Assembly: GCF_028369095.1 (NCBI RefSeq)
Contig: NZ_JAQNDN010000024.1
Location: 693,253-757,252 of the forward strand
Direction: 5' to 3'
Origin: Nannocystis radixulma
GTDB taxonomy: Bacteria; Myxococcota_A; Polyangia; Nannocystales; Nannocystaceae
DNA length: 64,000 nucleotides
A program made the position numbers and the translations under genes. This document shows, piece after piece, positions 18,957 through 31,700 of the stretch (position 1 is its first letter; the number at the start of each line of letters is the position of its first letter). Below the pieces are notes generated by a model. The model had not been told where the DNA came from and ran no database searches. It was given only the letters and a program-made list of their open reading frames with translations.

Positions 18957-18996
18957 CCTGTTCAGGACGATCGATGTCGGGCGCGCCGTGCTCATC

Positions 18997-19710
18997 TCAG
19001 ACCGCATGGCTGGGTGGAAACGCTGCGTCGAGGACCGCCTCCCAGTTCACCGGTAGTTGCGGGACGCCGGCGGCGGCGATCCGCGCCGTGAGCTCGTCGC
19101 GGGCGGTGATGCCGAACCTCCGGACGTAGGCCGACAGATACTCCGGGCGGGAGAACAGGAACATCAGATCGGTGAGCTGCATCGGCCGAATCACCAGCAT
19201 CGGGTGCGGTGCTTCGAGCGGGCGATAGTCGGGGTTGTGCAGGCCGGGCTCGAGGCAGCCGGGATAGAATTGGCCGATCATCAGACCCCGGGCGGTGATC
19301 TCGGGCTTCAGCGCCTCTTTCACGGGATCGATGAACCGCGGCCCCCCGTCGTTCGGCAACTCGGGAAATAGCGTCAGGATGGCCCGGAACTCGCGGCCCA
19401 TCCCGGTGGTGGGGAGCTCCGTGGGAAAGCGTGCCACCAGCGCGCGCATCACCGACTCCATGGCGGCGGGGCGGAGCTCGCCCTCGTACACATGAAAGCG
19501 GATCGATCGGAAGCGGTTCAGGCCGGGCTCGACAAAGGGACACACGGACCCCTTGCGACCGATGATCGGGTTCGGCCTGGAGATGAACGTCCTGAGCCAC
19601 GTCCGCACCTCCAGCAGTTGCGCGCGCGCAGCTGCCGGGAGGCCGGCGCTCTGCTCCTCGAGCTGCTCGGCGCATAACAGCCGAGCTTGCGATGGATCTG
19701 TCAATTCCAA
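18997..19710 (-). CDS. Conserved hypothetical protein (237 aa), translationally coupled to the NRPS 3' end
   Basis: Its start overlaps the NRPS stop by 10 nt. Single-Cys motifs GSVCPFVEPGL and GQFYPGC are present. I cannot assign a family by eye. It is a candidate tailoring, precursor-supply or release factor. Confidence 0.5.
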   Translation of the reverse strand: MELTDPSQARLLCAEQLEEQSAGLPAAARAQLLEVRTWLRTFISRPNPIIGRKGSVCPFVEPGLNRFRSIRFHVYEGELRPAAMESVMRALVARFPTELPTTGMGREFRAILTLFPELPNDGGPRFIDPVKEALKPEITARGLMIGQFYPGCLEPGLHNPDYRPLEAPHPMLVIRPMQLTDLMFLFSRPEYLSAYVRRFGITARDELTARIAAAGVPQLPVNWEAVLDAAFPPSHAV

Positions 19711-22700
19711 GACGTGTCCTCCGTTGCGATGAGTCGCCGCAGCGACGAGAGGAACGCTTCCGCGAGCCGCTCGATCGTCGAGGTCTCATGGACAGCGCTG
19801 CTGAAGCTCCAGCCGAGCCGCAGTCGCCCGTCCACCACGATGCAGCTCACCACGAGCTCATGATAAAGCGCCATGTTGGGGCTGATGCTCGTATGCCCCG
19901 TCCCGTCGAATGACCAGGGCGAGCCTGCCTCGTACTGCCCGAGGTAGTTGAACACCACCGGCATCGGTACGGACAGCGACGCGCGTACGTTCGCGTCCGG
20001 ATGTGCATACCGCAGCCAGCCGTATCCGAGGCCCCGGCCGGGCACGGATCGCAGCTGCTCTTTCACGTCCTTCAGCAGCACCGCAGGGTCGCAGCCCGGC
20101 AGCACACTCAGCCACAGCGGAAACAGCGACGAGAACCATCCCATGGTGCGGGACACGTCCAGGTCTGCCACGACAGGCTCGCGACCGTGGTGCTGCAGCG
20201 CCACGCAGACCGTATCTGTCCCGGAGGCGCCGCTCAGCGCGGATGCGAGGGCCGACAGCAGGACGGCGTCGATCTCCGTTCCCTGCGTCGAGCCCACGGC
20301 GCGGAGGAGTGCGCTGGTGTCTGCCGGCGCGAGCTCCACCTCCACCGTGCGGCTGTCGCCGAAGGTCCCCGGCGCGCCGTCACGATCTCGCACGATCGGA
20401 GTCATGCGACGAGCGCACTGCGCCTGCCAGTACTCGAGCTCCTGCGACAGACCGCCGCCGGCGATGAACGCGTGCAGCCGCTCGGACCACTGGCGGAGGG
20501 ACGTCGTCTTGGGCCCGAGCTGCGGCGTCCGCCCGGCGAGGAGCGCATCGCAGGTGTGCTGCAGGTCCTCGCACACGATTCGCCACGACAGGCCGTCCGT
20601 GATGAGGTGGTGCAGGACGAGGACCAGCTGCGCGCCGCCTTCGCCCAGATCCAGCCAGGCAGCGCGGCAGATCGGGCCGCTGGACAGATTCATGCCTCGT
20701 TGCAGCCGCGCCACTGCCTCGGCCGCCGCGGCGTCGCGGGCCGGGCGATCCAACGCCGACAGATCGACCCGCTCGAGCACGATGGTCGCCCCCGCCTCGT
20801 GCTCCTGAACCCACCCGGAGCCGCTGCGACGGTACCGCAACCGCACCGCGTCATGCTGCTCCGCGACGATCCGCAGCGCCTCCGCGGCGATCTCGGGCGA
20901 GAGCGCGGGCGGCGGCGTCCAGCGCATCGCCGGGCAGTAGTGATGCGCGTCCACGGGGTCCCCATCGAGGAACCAGTGCTGGATCGGCGTCAGCGGCACC
21001 GTCCCGCGGACGGCTTCCTGCTCCGCCAACACGGCGCTGTCTCGGCGCACCACCAGCGCCAGCTCGGCCACCGTCTGATGCGTGAACATGTCGCGCGCCG
21101 TGAGATGGAGGCCGGCTCGCTTCGCGCGACCGATCACCTGGATCGCCAGGATCGAGTCCCCCCCGAGCGAGAAGAAGTTGTCGTGGATCCCGAGCGGCGA
21201 GCGCTGCAGCACCGCCGACCACAGCTCGGCGAGCACGCGCTCGACCTCGGTCCGCGGCGCCACGCAGGACGTCTCGACCGCGTCGCGCGTCGCGTCGGGC
21301 GGCGGAAGGGCCTTGCGGTCCACCTTGCCGCTGGGGCTCAGCGGCAGCGCCGTGAGCCGCACGAACAGCGAGGGGACCATGTACGTCGGCAGCGCGGCCC
21401 CGAGGTGCTCGCGCAATGCATCGTCGGTGCATCCGCTGTCGCCGGGCACCACGTACGCGACCAGGCGCCTGTCACCGGGCGCAGGTTCCCACACGACCAC
21501 CGCGCACGCTCGCACGCACGGGTGCGACGACAGCACCGCCTCGATCTCCCCGAGCTCGATGCGGAAGCCGCGGATCTTGACCTGGTGATCGATGCGCCCG
21601 AGAAACTCCAGCGCTCCGTTCGCGTCCCAGCGGACGAGGTCGCCCGTGCGGTACATCCGCGCCCCGGGCACGGCGGAGAACGGGTCCGGTACGAAGCGCT
21701 CCGCCGTCAGTGCGGGCCGGCCCAAATAGCCGCGCGCGAGCCCGTCGCCCCCGATGTACAGCTCGCCCGGGATGCCCACCGGCGTGGGCCTCAGGTTCTT
21801 GTCGACCACGTGGAGCTGCGTGTTGGCGATTCCTCGACCGAGCCGGACGGGGCTCCGTCCGGAGTCGACGCGAGAGAGCGCGGACCAGATCGTCGTCTCG
21901 GTCGGCCCATACACGTTCCACACCGGGGATGCCCTGCGCGCCAGCTCGACCGCCAGATCCGGCGTCATCGCCTCCCCGCCGCACAGCACCTGCAGCGGCC
22001 TCTCACCCGTCCAGCCTGCGTCCAGCACCATGCGCCAGGTCGCCGGCGTCGCCTGCATCATCGTCGCGCGATCGAGGGCGCTCACCAGCGCTTCGCCGTT
22101 GCTCGCGTCGTCGCGGGACGCCAGGTGGATCGCGGCCCCGCGGATCAGGGGCATGAACAGCTCGAGTCCAGCGATGTCGAACGACATCGAGGTCACGGCC
22201 AGCAGCGCGTCCCGGGGCCCGATCCGCGTCTGCTCGGCGAAGGAGTGCAGCAGGTTCGTCAGCGCGGCGTGCAGGATCTGGACGCCCTTGGGCCGCCCCG
22301 TCGAACCCGACGTGTAAAGCACGTAGCTCGCGTGGTCCGGCCCCACGGCGACTGCGAGGGACGTGCGCGGCTGCTGCCACACGGGCGCGCCCGCGTCGAG
22401 GTGCGCGGTCACGAACTCGTGCGGCGGAAGGCTGTCACGCAGGCGCGCCTGCGTGAGCAGCACGGCGGGCCGCGCGTCCGTCAGCATGAATGCCAGCCGC
22501 TCTTGCGGATAGCTCGGGTCGAGCGGCACGTAGGCCCCGCCCGCCTTCAGGATCCCCAACAGCCCCACCACCATCTCGAGCGACCGCTCGACGCACAGCG
22601 CCACCAGCACCTCCGGGCCGACGCCCAGGCCGCGCAGGTGATGGGCCAGCTGGTTCGAGCGCTCGTCGAGCTCCTGGTAGGTCAGCTGCTGTTCGCCGAA

Positions 22701-25700
22701 CACCAGCGCCACCGCGGCCGGCGTCCGCCGGGCCTGCGCCTCGAACAGCTCGTGGATGCACCTGTCTGCGGGATAGGCCGCCGCCGTGTCGTTCCACGCC
22801 GCGAGCTTCGCCTGCTCCGCCGCCGTCAGGAGGTCCAGCTGCGACAGGCGCTTGTCCGGGTGGAGCACCCCGTCCTGTACCAACACCTGCAGGTGCCTGC
22901 CGAGTCGCTCCACCGCGCCGGCGTCCACGCGGCTGGTATCGTAGGTCAGGGAGAATTCGGTCCCCTCCGCGTCATGCAGCACCCCGAGCGCCAGGGCCTG
23001 CTTCGCAGTCACCACGCCGGTGGGCACGCCGTCGAGGAGCGGTGACCAGCCGGCCACGGCGCGGGTCGTCGGCGGCGTCACCTCGAAGAAGGTCACGTCG
23101 AACAGCGGATTCTCGCCGGCCTGCCGCGACAGCCCCTGATCCTGCACGACGACGTCGAACGGCAACGCCTGGTGCTCGTAGGTCTCCAGCGCCGTCCGCC
23201 GCGCCCGGGCGAGCAGCTCGCCGAACGTCGGATCGCCCGAGAGGTCGGTGCGCAGCACCACCGTGTTCGTGAAGAACCCCAGCAGATCGGCCGTGCCCGG
23301 CACCTCGCGGTTCGCAATCACCGCGCCGATCCCGAAGTCCTGCTGGCCGCTGTACCGCGACAGCACCGCCGTAAGGGCGGCATACCAGGCCATGAAGGGT
23401 GTGCATCCGTGGGCCCGCGCCAGCGCCTGCAGCCCGCGGCTCGCCGTCAGCGGGACGCGAAGCGCGACGCTCGCTTCGACGCCGGGGCCGCGCGCCGGAG
23501 CGGCGCGAACGATGGGCAGCTCCAGTCGGGGCACGCGCGCGAGCTTGTCCTTCCAGTAGGCCCGCGAGGCCGCGAAGCCGCCGGTCGTGAGGGCCTCCTG
23601 CTCGGCGCGTGCATGGTCCGCCAACTGGTAGGCGAGCGCCGGCAACTCCGCCGCTTCGCCGCGGCAGCACGCCTCGTACAGGCGCGAGAGCTCGGACAGC
23701 AGCACGCCGCTGGACCACTCGTCGGTGATGATGTGGTGCTGGAGGACGAGCACGACGTGGTGCTCGGCCTCCAGGCGTACGACCAGCACGCGCGTCAGCG
23801 GTCCGGTCGCGAGATCGAAGCGGGCCGCGATTTCGGCCTCCAGGTGCGCGCGCAAGGCGGCTTCCCGCGCCGCCTCCGACAGCGCCGAGACGTCCTCCAC
23901 GCGCAGGGGGATCGACACACTGTCCGCCACCCTTCGCGTCAACACGCCGTCGACCTCGGGATAGGTGGTGCGCAGGATCTCCTGCCGCTCCGCGAGCTGC
24001 TTCACGCTCTGGCGCAGCGCCGGCTCCGAGAGCGCGCCGCGGACGACGAACACGTGCGGGACCTGGTACGACCGCGCCTCGGGCGAGAGCTTGTCGACGA
24101 ACCAGATCCGCCGTTCGGTCCCCGAGAGCGCGTCGTATGCCGGCTCGGCCGCGCCGCGCGGGGAGGGAGAGAGCGCGGGCGCCGGTCGCGTCTCCGTCTC
24201 GGCCAGCAACGCCGCCAGGGCCGCCACCGTCGGCCGCTGCAGCAATGTGGCCAGAGTCAGCCCGAGCCCGAGCCTCGTCTTCACCGCAGACGCGACGCGC
24301 ACCGCCAGGAGCGAGTGGCCGCCGAGCGCGAAGAAATCGTCGTCGATGCCGATGGGCCGCACCTCGAGCAGCTCTTCCCAGATCGCCACGAGGGCGCGCT
24401 CGACCTCGGTCCGGGGCGCCATGAATGTCTCGTCCGCGCCGCGGGTCGCCTCGGGGGAGGGCAGGGCCTTGCGATCGACTTTGCCGTTGGCGGAGAGCGG
24501 CAGCGCGTCGAGGAAGACGAACGCCGACGGGATCATGTAGTCGGGCAGGTCGCTTCGCAGGTGCTCGCGCAGCACGGCCGCCGCGAGCGCGCTGTCCTTC
24601 GCCACCACGTAGGCGACGAGGCGGTTGTTCCCCGGCGTATCCTCTCGCGCGACGACGACGCACGACGCCACCGCGGCGTGCGACGAGAGGGCCGCCTCGA
24701 TCTCGCCGAGCTCGACCCGGAAGCCGCGGATCTTCACCTGATGATCGGCGCGCCCGAGGAACTCGAGCTCGCCGTCCTCGTTCCAGCGCGCGAGGTCGCC
24801 GGTGCAATACATGCGGGCGCCCGGCTCCTTCGCGAACGGATCCGGCACGAACCGCTCGGCCGTCATGGCGGGACGATTTAAATAACCGCGCGCGAGGCCG
24901 ACGCCGGCGAGGTGGATCTCACCGGGCATGCCGATGGGGACCTGCCGCTTCGCCGCGTCGAGCAGGTAGAGGCGAACCCCATGGATGGGCCGGCCGATCG
25001 AGAACCGCTCCGGGCGCGACGGATCGAACCAGGCCTGCGCGGCGAAGATGCTGAACTCGGTGGGGCCATAGGAGTTGAGCACCTGGCGGCCCTCGGCCCA
25101 CTGCGCCACGAGTGAAGGCGGCGTGCTGTCGCCGGCGAGGGTGATGTGGCGCAGCGCCGGCGCGCGGCAGCGGAGCACGCGCAACATCGCGGGCGGGATG
25201 AAGGAGAAGGTGATGGCGCGGTGTTCGAGGCACTCGGCGATGCCCTCGACGGCGTCGTAGGCGTTGCTGGGCAACACGCAGGTTGCGCCGTTGCACAGCG
25301 AGAGCATCCAGTCGACGATCGCCCCATCGAAGGCGATCGCGGCGCTCAAGAGGATGCGATCGCTGGGATGGACGACGATGTGCTGGCGCTGGAACGCGAC
25401 GCGGGCGGCGAGCCCGCGATGCTCGTTGATCACCGGCTTGGGCTTGCCCGTCGAGCCCGAGGTGAACACGACGTAGTTCGCGTGCTCGAGCGTCACGCCG
25501 CTCACGGGCGGCGTGATCGGTTGCGAGGCCCACTGCGCCGCATCGGCATCGAGCCGCACCACCGTCACGCCCGGCGCCGAGAGCCGGACGTCCGCGTGCG
25601 TCAGCAGCACCGGCGCCTCGGCCTCGGCCAGCAGCAGCGAGAGCCGGTCCGGCGGAGACGACGGGTCGAGCGGTACGAACGCGCCTCCCGCCTTCAGGAT

Positions 25701-28700
25701 CGCGACCAGACCCACCACCATGTCGAAGGACCGCTCGACACAAAGGGCCACACGCACCTCGGGCCCGACGCCGAGCGTGCGCAGGTGGTGCGCGAGCCGG
25801 TTGGCTTGCGCCTCGCATTCCCCGTAGCTCAGCTGCTGTCCGTCCTGCTCGAGCGCCACGGCCTGCGGTGCCCTGGCCGCCTGCTCGGCGATCAGCTCAT
25901 GAATGCACCGGGCGGCAGGATCGGTCCGCGGCGTGTCGTTCCACGCCGCGAGCTTCTCGGTCTCCTCGTCGGTCAGCAGATCGAGCTGCGACACTCGTCT
26001 GTCCGGGTGCGCCGCCGCGTCGGTCACCAGAGTCTTCAGGTGCCCGCACAACCGCTCCGCAGCCGTTCGTGAGACGCGTGTGGTGTCGTACAGGACCTCC
26101 ACGACGGTCCCCTCGGCCGCGTGCTGCACGGACACGGCCAGCGCGTTCTTGGCGGTCGCCAGGCCCTGGGGTACTGCGTCGAGGAGCGGCGACCAGCCGG
26201 CTGCGGCGTCGGTCGTCGGCGGCGTCACCTCGAAGAAGGTCACGTCGAACAGCGGATTCTCGCCGGCCTGCCGCGACAGCCCCTGATCCTGCACCACCAC
26301 GTCGAACGGCAGCGCCTGATGCTCATAGGCCTCGAGGGCAGTCCGCCGCGCGCGCGCGAGCAGCTCGCCGAACGTCGGATCGCCCGAGAGGTCGGTCCGC
26401 AGCACCACCGTGTTCGTGAAGAACCCCAGCAGGTCGGCCGTGCCCGGCGCCTCGCGGTTCGCAATCACGGCGCCGAGCCCGAAGTCCTGCTGGCCGCTGT
26501 ACCGCGACAGCACCGCCGTGAGGGCGGCATACCAGGCCATGAAGGGCGTGCATCCGTGGTCGCGCGCGAGCGCTTGCAATGCGCGGCTCGCCTCCAGCGG
26601 GACGCCGAGGGCGACGCTCGCCTCGGGGCCGCGCCCCGGGGCGGTGCGAACGATGGGCAGCTCCAGCCGCGGGGCGCCTGCGAGCCTGTCCTTCCAGTAG
26701 GCCCGCGACGCCGCGAAGCCGCCGGTCGTGAGGGCCTCCTGCTCGGCGCGTGCATGGTCGGCGAACTGGTAGGAGAGCGCCGGCAGCTCCGCCGCTTCGC
26801 CGCGGCAGCACGCCTCGTACAGGCGCGAGAGCTCGGACAGCAGCACGCCGCTGGACCACTCGTCGGTGATGATGTGGTGCTGAAGGACGAGCACGACATG
26901 GTGCTCGGCCTCCAGGCGCACGACCAGCACGCGCGTCAGCGGTCCGCTCGCGAGCTCGAAGGGGACCGCGATCTCGGCCTCCAGGTGGGCGCGCAAGGCG
27001 AATTCTCGCGCCGATTGGGACAGCGCCGAGACGTCCTCCAGGCGCAGCGGGATCGACACGCTGTCCGCCACCCTTCGCGTCAACACGCCGTCGACCTCGG
27101 GATAGGTGGTGCGCAGGATCTCCTGCCGCTCCGCGAGCCGCTTCACGCTCTCGCGCAGCGCCGGCTCCGAGAGCGTCCCGCGGACGACGAACACGTGCGG
27201 GACCTGGTACGACCGCGCCTCGGGCGCGAGCTTGTCGACGAACCAGATCCGCCGCTCGGTCCCCGAGAGACCGTCGTATGCGGGCTCGGCCGCGCCGCGC
27301 GGGGAGGGTGAGAGCGCGGCCACGGGCGCCGGTCGCGTCTCGATCTCGGCGAGCAATGTCGCCAGGGCCGCGACCGTCGGTCGCTGAAGCAATGTGGCCA
27401 GAGTCAGCCCGAGCCCGAGCCTCGCCTTCACCGCCGACACGACGCGCACCGCCAGGAGCGAGTGGCCGCCGAGCGCGAAGAAGTCATCGTCCATGCCGAT
27501 GGGGTGGACCTCGAGCAGCTCTTCCCAGATGGCCACGAGGGCGCGCTCGACGTCGGTCCGCGGCGCCACGAATGTCTCGTCCGCGCCGCGGGTCGCCTCG
27601 GGGGAGGGCAGGGCCTTGCGATCGACCTTGCCGTTGGGGTTCAGCGGGAGCGCGTCGAGGCAGACGTACGCCGAGGGGACCATGTACTCCGGTACCCTCG
27701 CGCCGAGCCACGCTCGCAGCTCGTTCGCCGTGGCGTCGTCGCCGACCACGTAAGCCACCAGCCGCTTGTCGCCGGTCGCGTCTTCCCGGGCCACGACCAC
27801 GCAGTCGCGCACCGACGGGTGCGCTGCGAGTGCGGCCTCGATCTCGCCGAGCTCGATGCGGAAGCCGCGGATCTTGACCTGGTGATCGATGCGGCCGAGG
27901 AACTCGAGCGCGCCGTCGTCGCGAAAGCGCGCCAGGTCGCCGGTGCGATACATGCGTGCGCCGGACTCGGGTGAGAACGGATCGGGCACGAATCGTTCCG
28001 CCGTCAGCCCGGGGCGGCCGAGGTAGCCGCGTGCGAGCTGCACACCCGACAGATACAGTTCTCCGGCGACGCCGACGGGGACGGGGCGAAATGCCGCGTC
28101 GAGCACGTAGGTGCGGGTGTTGTCGATCGGCCGTCCGATCGGCACCGGCCCCGTCTCCTCGGGCCGGCAGGCATGGCTCGTGACGTCGATCGCAGCTTCG
28201 GTCGGGCCGTACAGGTTGTGGAGCGCGCCGCGGCTGCCCGCATACCAGGCCTCCCGCAATTGCCCCGACAACGCCTCGCCGCTGGCGAAGACGTGGCGCA
28301 GCGACCCGCGCTCCTGCGGCTCCGTCGCCGCCAGGAACACGCCGAGCATCGACGGTACGAAATGCGCCACGGTGACGCCGCGCGCCGCGATGAGGGCCGC
28401 GAGGTAGCGCGGATCCTTGTGTCCCTCGGGCGCGGCGATCACCATGCGGGCGCCTTCCAGGAGCGGCCACCACAGCTCCCAGCCCGAGACGTCGAACGAC
28501 AGCGGCGTCTTCTGCAAGATCGCGTCGCTCGCGTTGAGCCCGTAGGCCCGCTGCATCCAGCGCAGGCGGTTGTAGAGCCCGCGATGGGTGTTGAGCACGC
28601 CCTTGGGCCGCCCCGTCGAGCCCGACGTGTAGATGACGTAGATCGCGTGATCGGGCCCGACGTGGACCGCAGGGGACGTGCGCGGCAGGTGCTGCCACGC

Positions 28701-31700
28701 GGGCGCATCGAGAAGCACGGTCACGACCGCGTGCGCCGGAAGGCCGTCTTGCAGTCGTGCCTGCGTGAGCAGCACGGCGGGTCGGGCGTCCGTCAGCATG
28801 AAGGCCAGGCGCTCGCGCGGATAGCTCGGGTCGAGCGGCACGTAGGCGCCGCCCGCCTTGAGGATCGCCAGCAGCCCCACGAGCATCTCGAGCGACCGCT
28901 CGACGCACAGCCCGACCAGCACCTCCGGCCCCACGCCCAGCCCGCGGAGGTGATGGGCCAGCTGGTTCGAGCGTTCGTCGAGCTCGCGGTACGTCAGCTG
29001 CTTCTCACCGAACACCAGCGCCACCGCGTCCGGCGTCCGCGCGACCTGCTCCTCGAACAGCTCGTGGATGCACCTCGCCGGGGGATACGCCACCGCCGTG
29101 TCGTTCCACGCCGCGAGCTGACGCAACTCCGCCGCCGTCAACAGGCCGAGCTCCGCCAGGCGCCTGTCCGGGTGCGCGACCATGTCGAGGAGGACGGTCC
29201 GCAGGTGCCCCCACAGCCGCTCGACGTCTTCGCCGCGAAGCGCTGCGGGTTCCCACATCCAGCGCAGGTCGATGGTCGTTCCAGCCGCCACCGTGATGGC
29301 GAGCGGGTAGCTCGTCTGCTCGAACGCCTGGAAGTTCTCGATCGGCAGGACCTCGGCCTGCTGCGCCGCTTCGTCCACCGGGTAGTTCTCGAACACGAGG
29401 AGCGTGTCGAACAGCGCGCGACCTCCACCCACCGCGCTCGCGCGCTGCACCTCGTACAGCGGGGTCGCCTCGTGGACGCGCAGCTCGACCTGCTCGGCTT
29501 GCAGCCGCTGCAGCCATTCGACCACGCCCTCCGAGCCGGACCACCGGGCCCGCAGCGGCAGCGTGTTGATGAACAGGCCCACCATCCGCTCGATGCCGCG
29601 GATCGGCGCGCTGCGACCTGCCGTCGTCATGCCGAAGACGACATCCGTCCGCCCCGTGATACGGCCGAGGATCTGCGCGAGCGCCCCTTGCACCACCGTG
29701 TTCAGGGTCAGCCCGTGCCGCCGCGCGAAGGCCGTGACCGCCTCGGTCTCGGCCGCGGTCAGCGAGGTGTCACGCTGTGCGTGCTCCCGCGTCGCCTCCG
29801 CGGGCGGCGGGAACGGCAGCCGCGTCGGCTCCTCGACGCCGTCCAGGTACTCGGCGAAGAACGCCGACGACGCCCTGTGGTCTCGCGTCGCGAGCCAGGC
29901 GATGTACCGCTCGTAGGCCACCGGCTCCGGCAGCGCGAGCGGTCGGCCGCCGCGGTGGGCAGCATAGGCGGCCTGCAGCTCTCCGAGCACGACCGGCATC
30001 GACCAGCCGTCGGCCAGGATGTGATGCGTCGTCTTCAGCATCCACGTCCGGCCTCCGGGCATGCGCACGAGCACGACCCGCGCCAGCGGGGCCCGCCCGA
30101 AATCGAAGCCGGCCGCCCGTTCCTCGCGCCGCAGGGCCTCCCACCGCGCCTCCGCCTCGACCGCGTCCAGCGCGGACCAGTCGTGCGTCGGCATCGCGAA
30201 GGCGACGCTCCGCCGCACCACCTGCAGCGGCTCCGGGACGCCCTGCCACAAGAAAGACGTCCGATACACCGCATGACGCGCGAGCACGGTCTTCCACGCG
30301 CTCTCGAGCGCCGCGGCGTCCACGTCGCCTCCCAGCTGCAGCGCGAGCTGGACGGTGTAGGTCGGCGAGTCCGGCTCGTTCAGGGCGTGGAACAACAGCC
30401 CCGCCTGTAGCGGCGAGAGCGGGTAGACGCTCTCCACGTCGCGCGAGGCCGCGAACAGTCCGTCCAGGGCCTGCTGCCCGAGCCGCGCGAGCGGGAAGTC
30501 CGAGGGCGTGTAGCCGAACGCCTCGCTCGACGTGCAGTGAGCGATGAGTCGCCGCAGCGAGGCGACGAACCGAGCGGCGAGCCGCTCCACCGTCGCGCTG
30601 TCGTGGGTCGCCGAGCTGTACGTCCATTCGAACCGCAGCCGTCCTTGCCACACGCCGCCGTTCACCGCCAGCGCGTGCCACAGCTCCATCCGCGAGCTCG
30701 TGGTCCTCCCCGTCGACTCCGCCGCCGGTCCGAGCATCCCCCGGCCCTGCGCCTCCATGTCGAACTGCCCGAGGTAATTGAACACCACCGGCGGATCCAC
30801 CGCGAGTGCGGCGCGCACCGCCTCGTCCGGGTGCGCGTAGCGCAGCCAGCCGTATCCGAAGCCCCGGTTCGGCACCGATCGAAGCTGTTCCTTGACCCCC
30901 TTCAGCAGCGCAGCAGGATCGTCGGTCCCCGGAACGGTCAGCCACACCGGAAACATCGACGTGAACCACCCGACGGTGCGGGACACATCGACGTCCTCGA
31001 TCAGCGTCTCGCGCCCATGCCCTTCGAGCGTGACGCACACCGTGTCCGTCGTGCAGAACCCGCTCAGCGCCGCTGCGAGCGCCGAGAGCAAGACATCATT
31101 GATCTCGGTGCGGTAGGCCGCGCTCACGTCGTGAAGGAGCGCCCGGGTCTCTGCCTCGGACAGCTCCACGTCCACCGTGCGGCTGTCTCCGACCGTGCCC
31201 GGCGCCGCCTCGTGGTCCCGCGGCAGCGGCGTGATGCCGCGCGCGCATTGAGCTCGCCAGAATCCGAGCTCCTGCGACAGGCCGCCGGCAGCGACGAATG
31301 CGTGCAGCCGCTCCGACCACTGTCGGAACGAGGTCGTCTTGGCCGCGAGCTCCGGCGTGCGTCCAGCCAGCAGGGCCTCGCAGGCGCGCTCGAGGTCCTC
31401 GTGCAAGATCCGCCACGACACGCCGTCGACCACGAGGTGGTGCACGACGAGCAGCAGCCGCGCGCCCTCCTCGCCCAGATCCAGCCACGCGGCGCGGGCC
31501 ACCGGGCCCGCGGACAGCGACAGGCCGCTCTGCAATGCGTCCGCCGACACCTCCACGGCCGCCCTGCGTACGTCGGGCGGCACCGTCGAGAGGTCCATCC
31601 GCTCGAGCGGCAGCGCGACCTCTTCCGCGTGGCTCTGCACCCACCCGGATTCGGTATGATCATACCGCAATCGCAGCGCGTCGTGCTGCCGCAATACGAC

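Noticed and set aside
16446-19007. 853-aa minus-strand ORF spanning the MbtH and ABC exporter genes
   Set aside because: It is antisense to two genes with strong motif support, and its composition is typical of a GC-frame artefact.
20001-23045. 1014-aa plus-strand ORF, and many 100-700-aa ORFs, inside the NRPS region
   Set aside because: They are antisense or off-frame to the NRPS. Their recurrence at 7.67-kb and 3.15-kb offsets simply mirrors the internal NRPS repeats.
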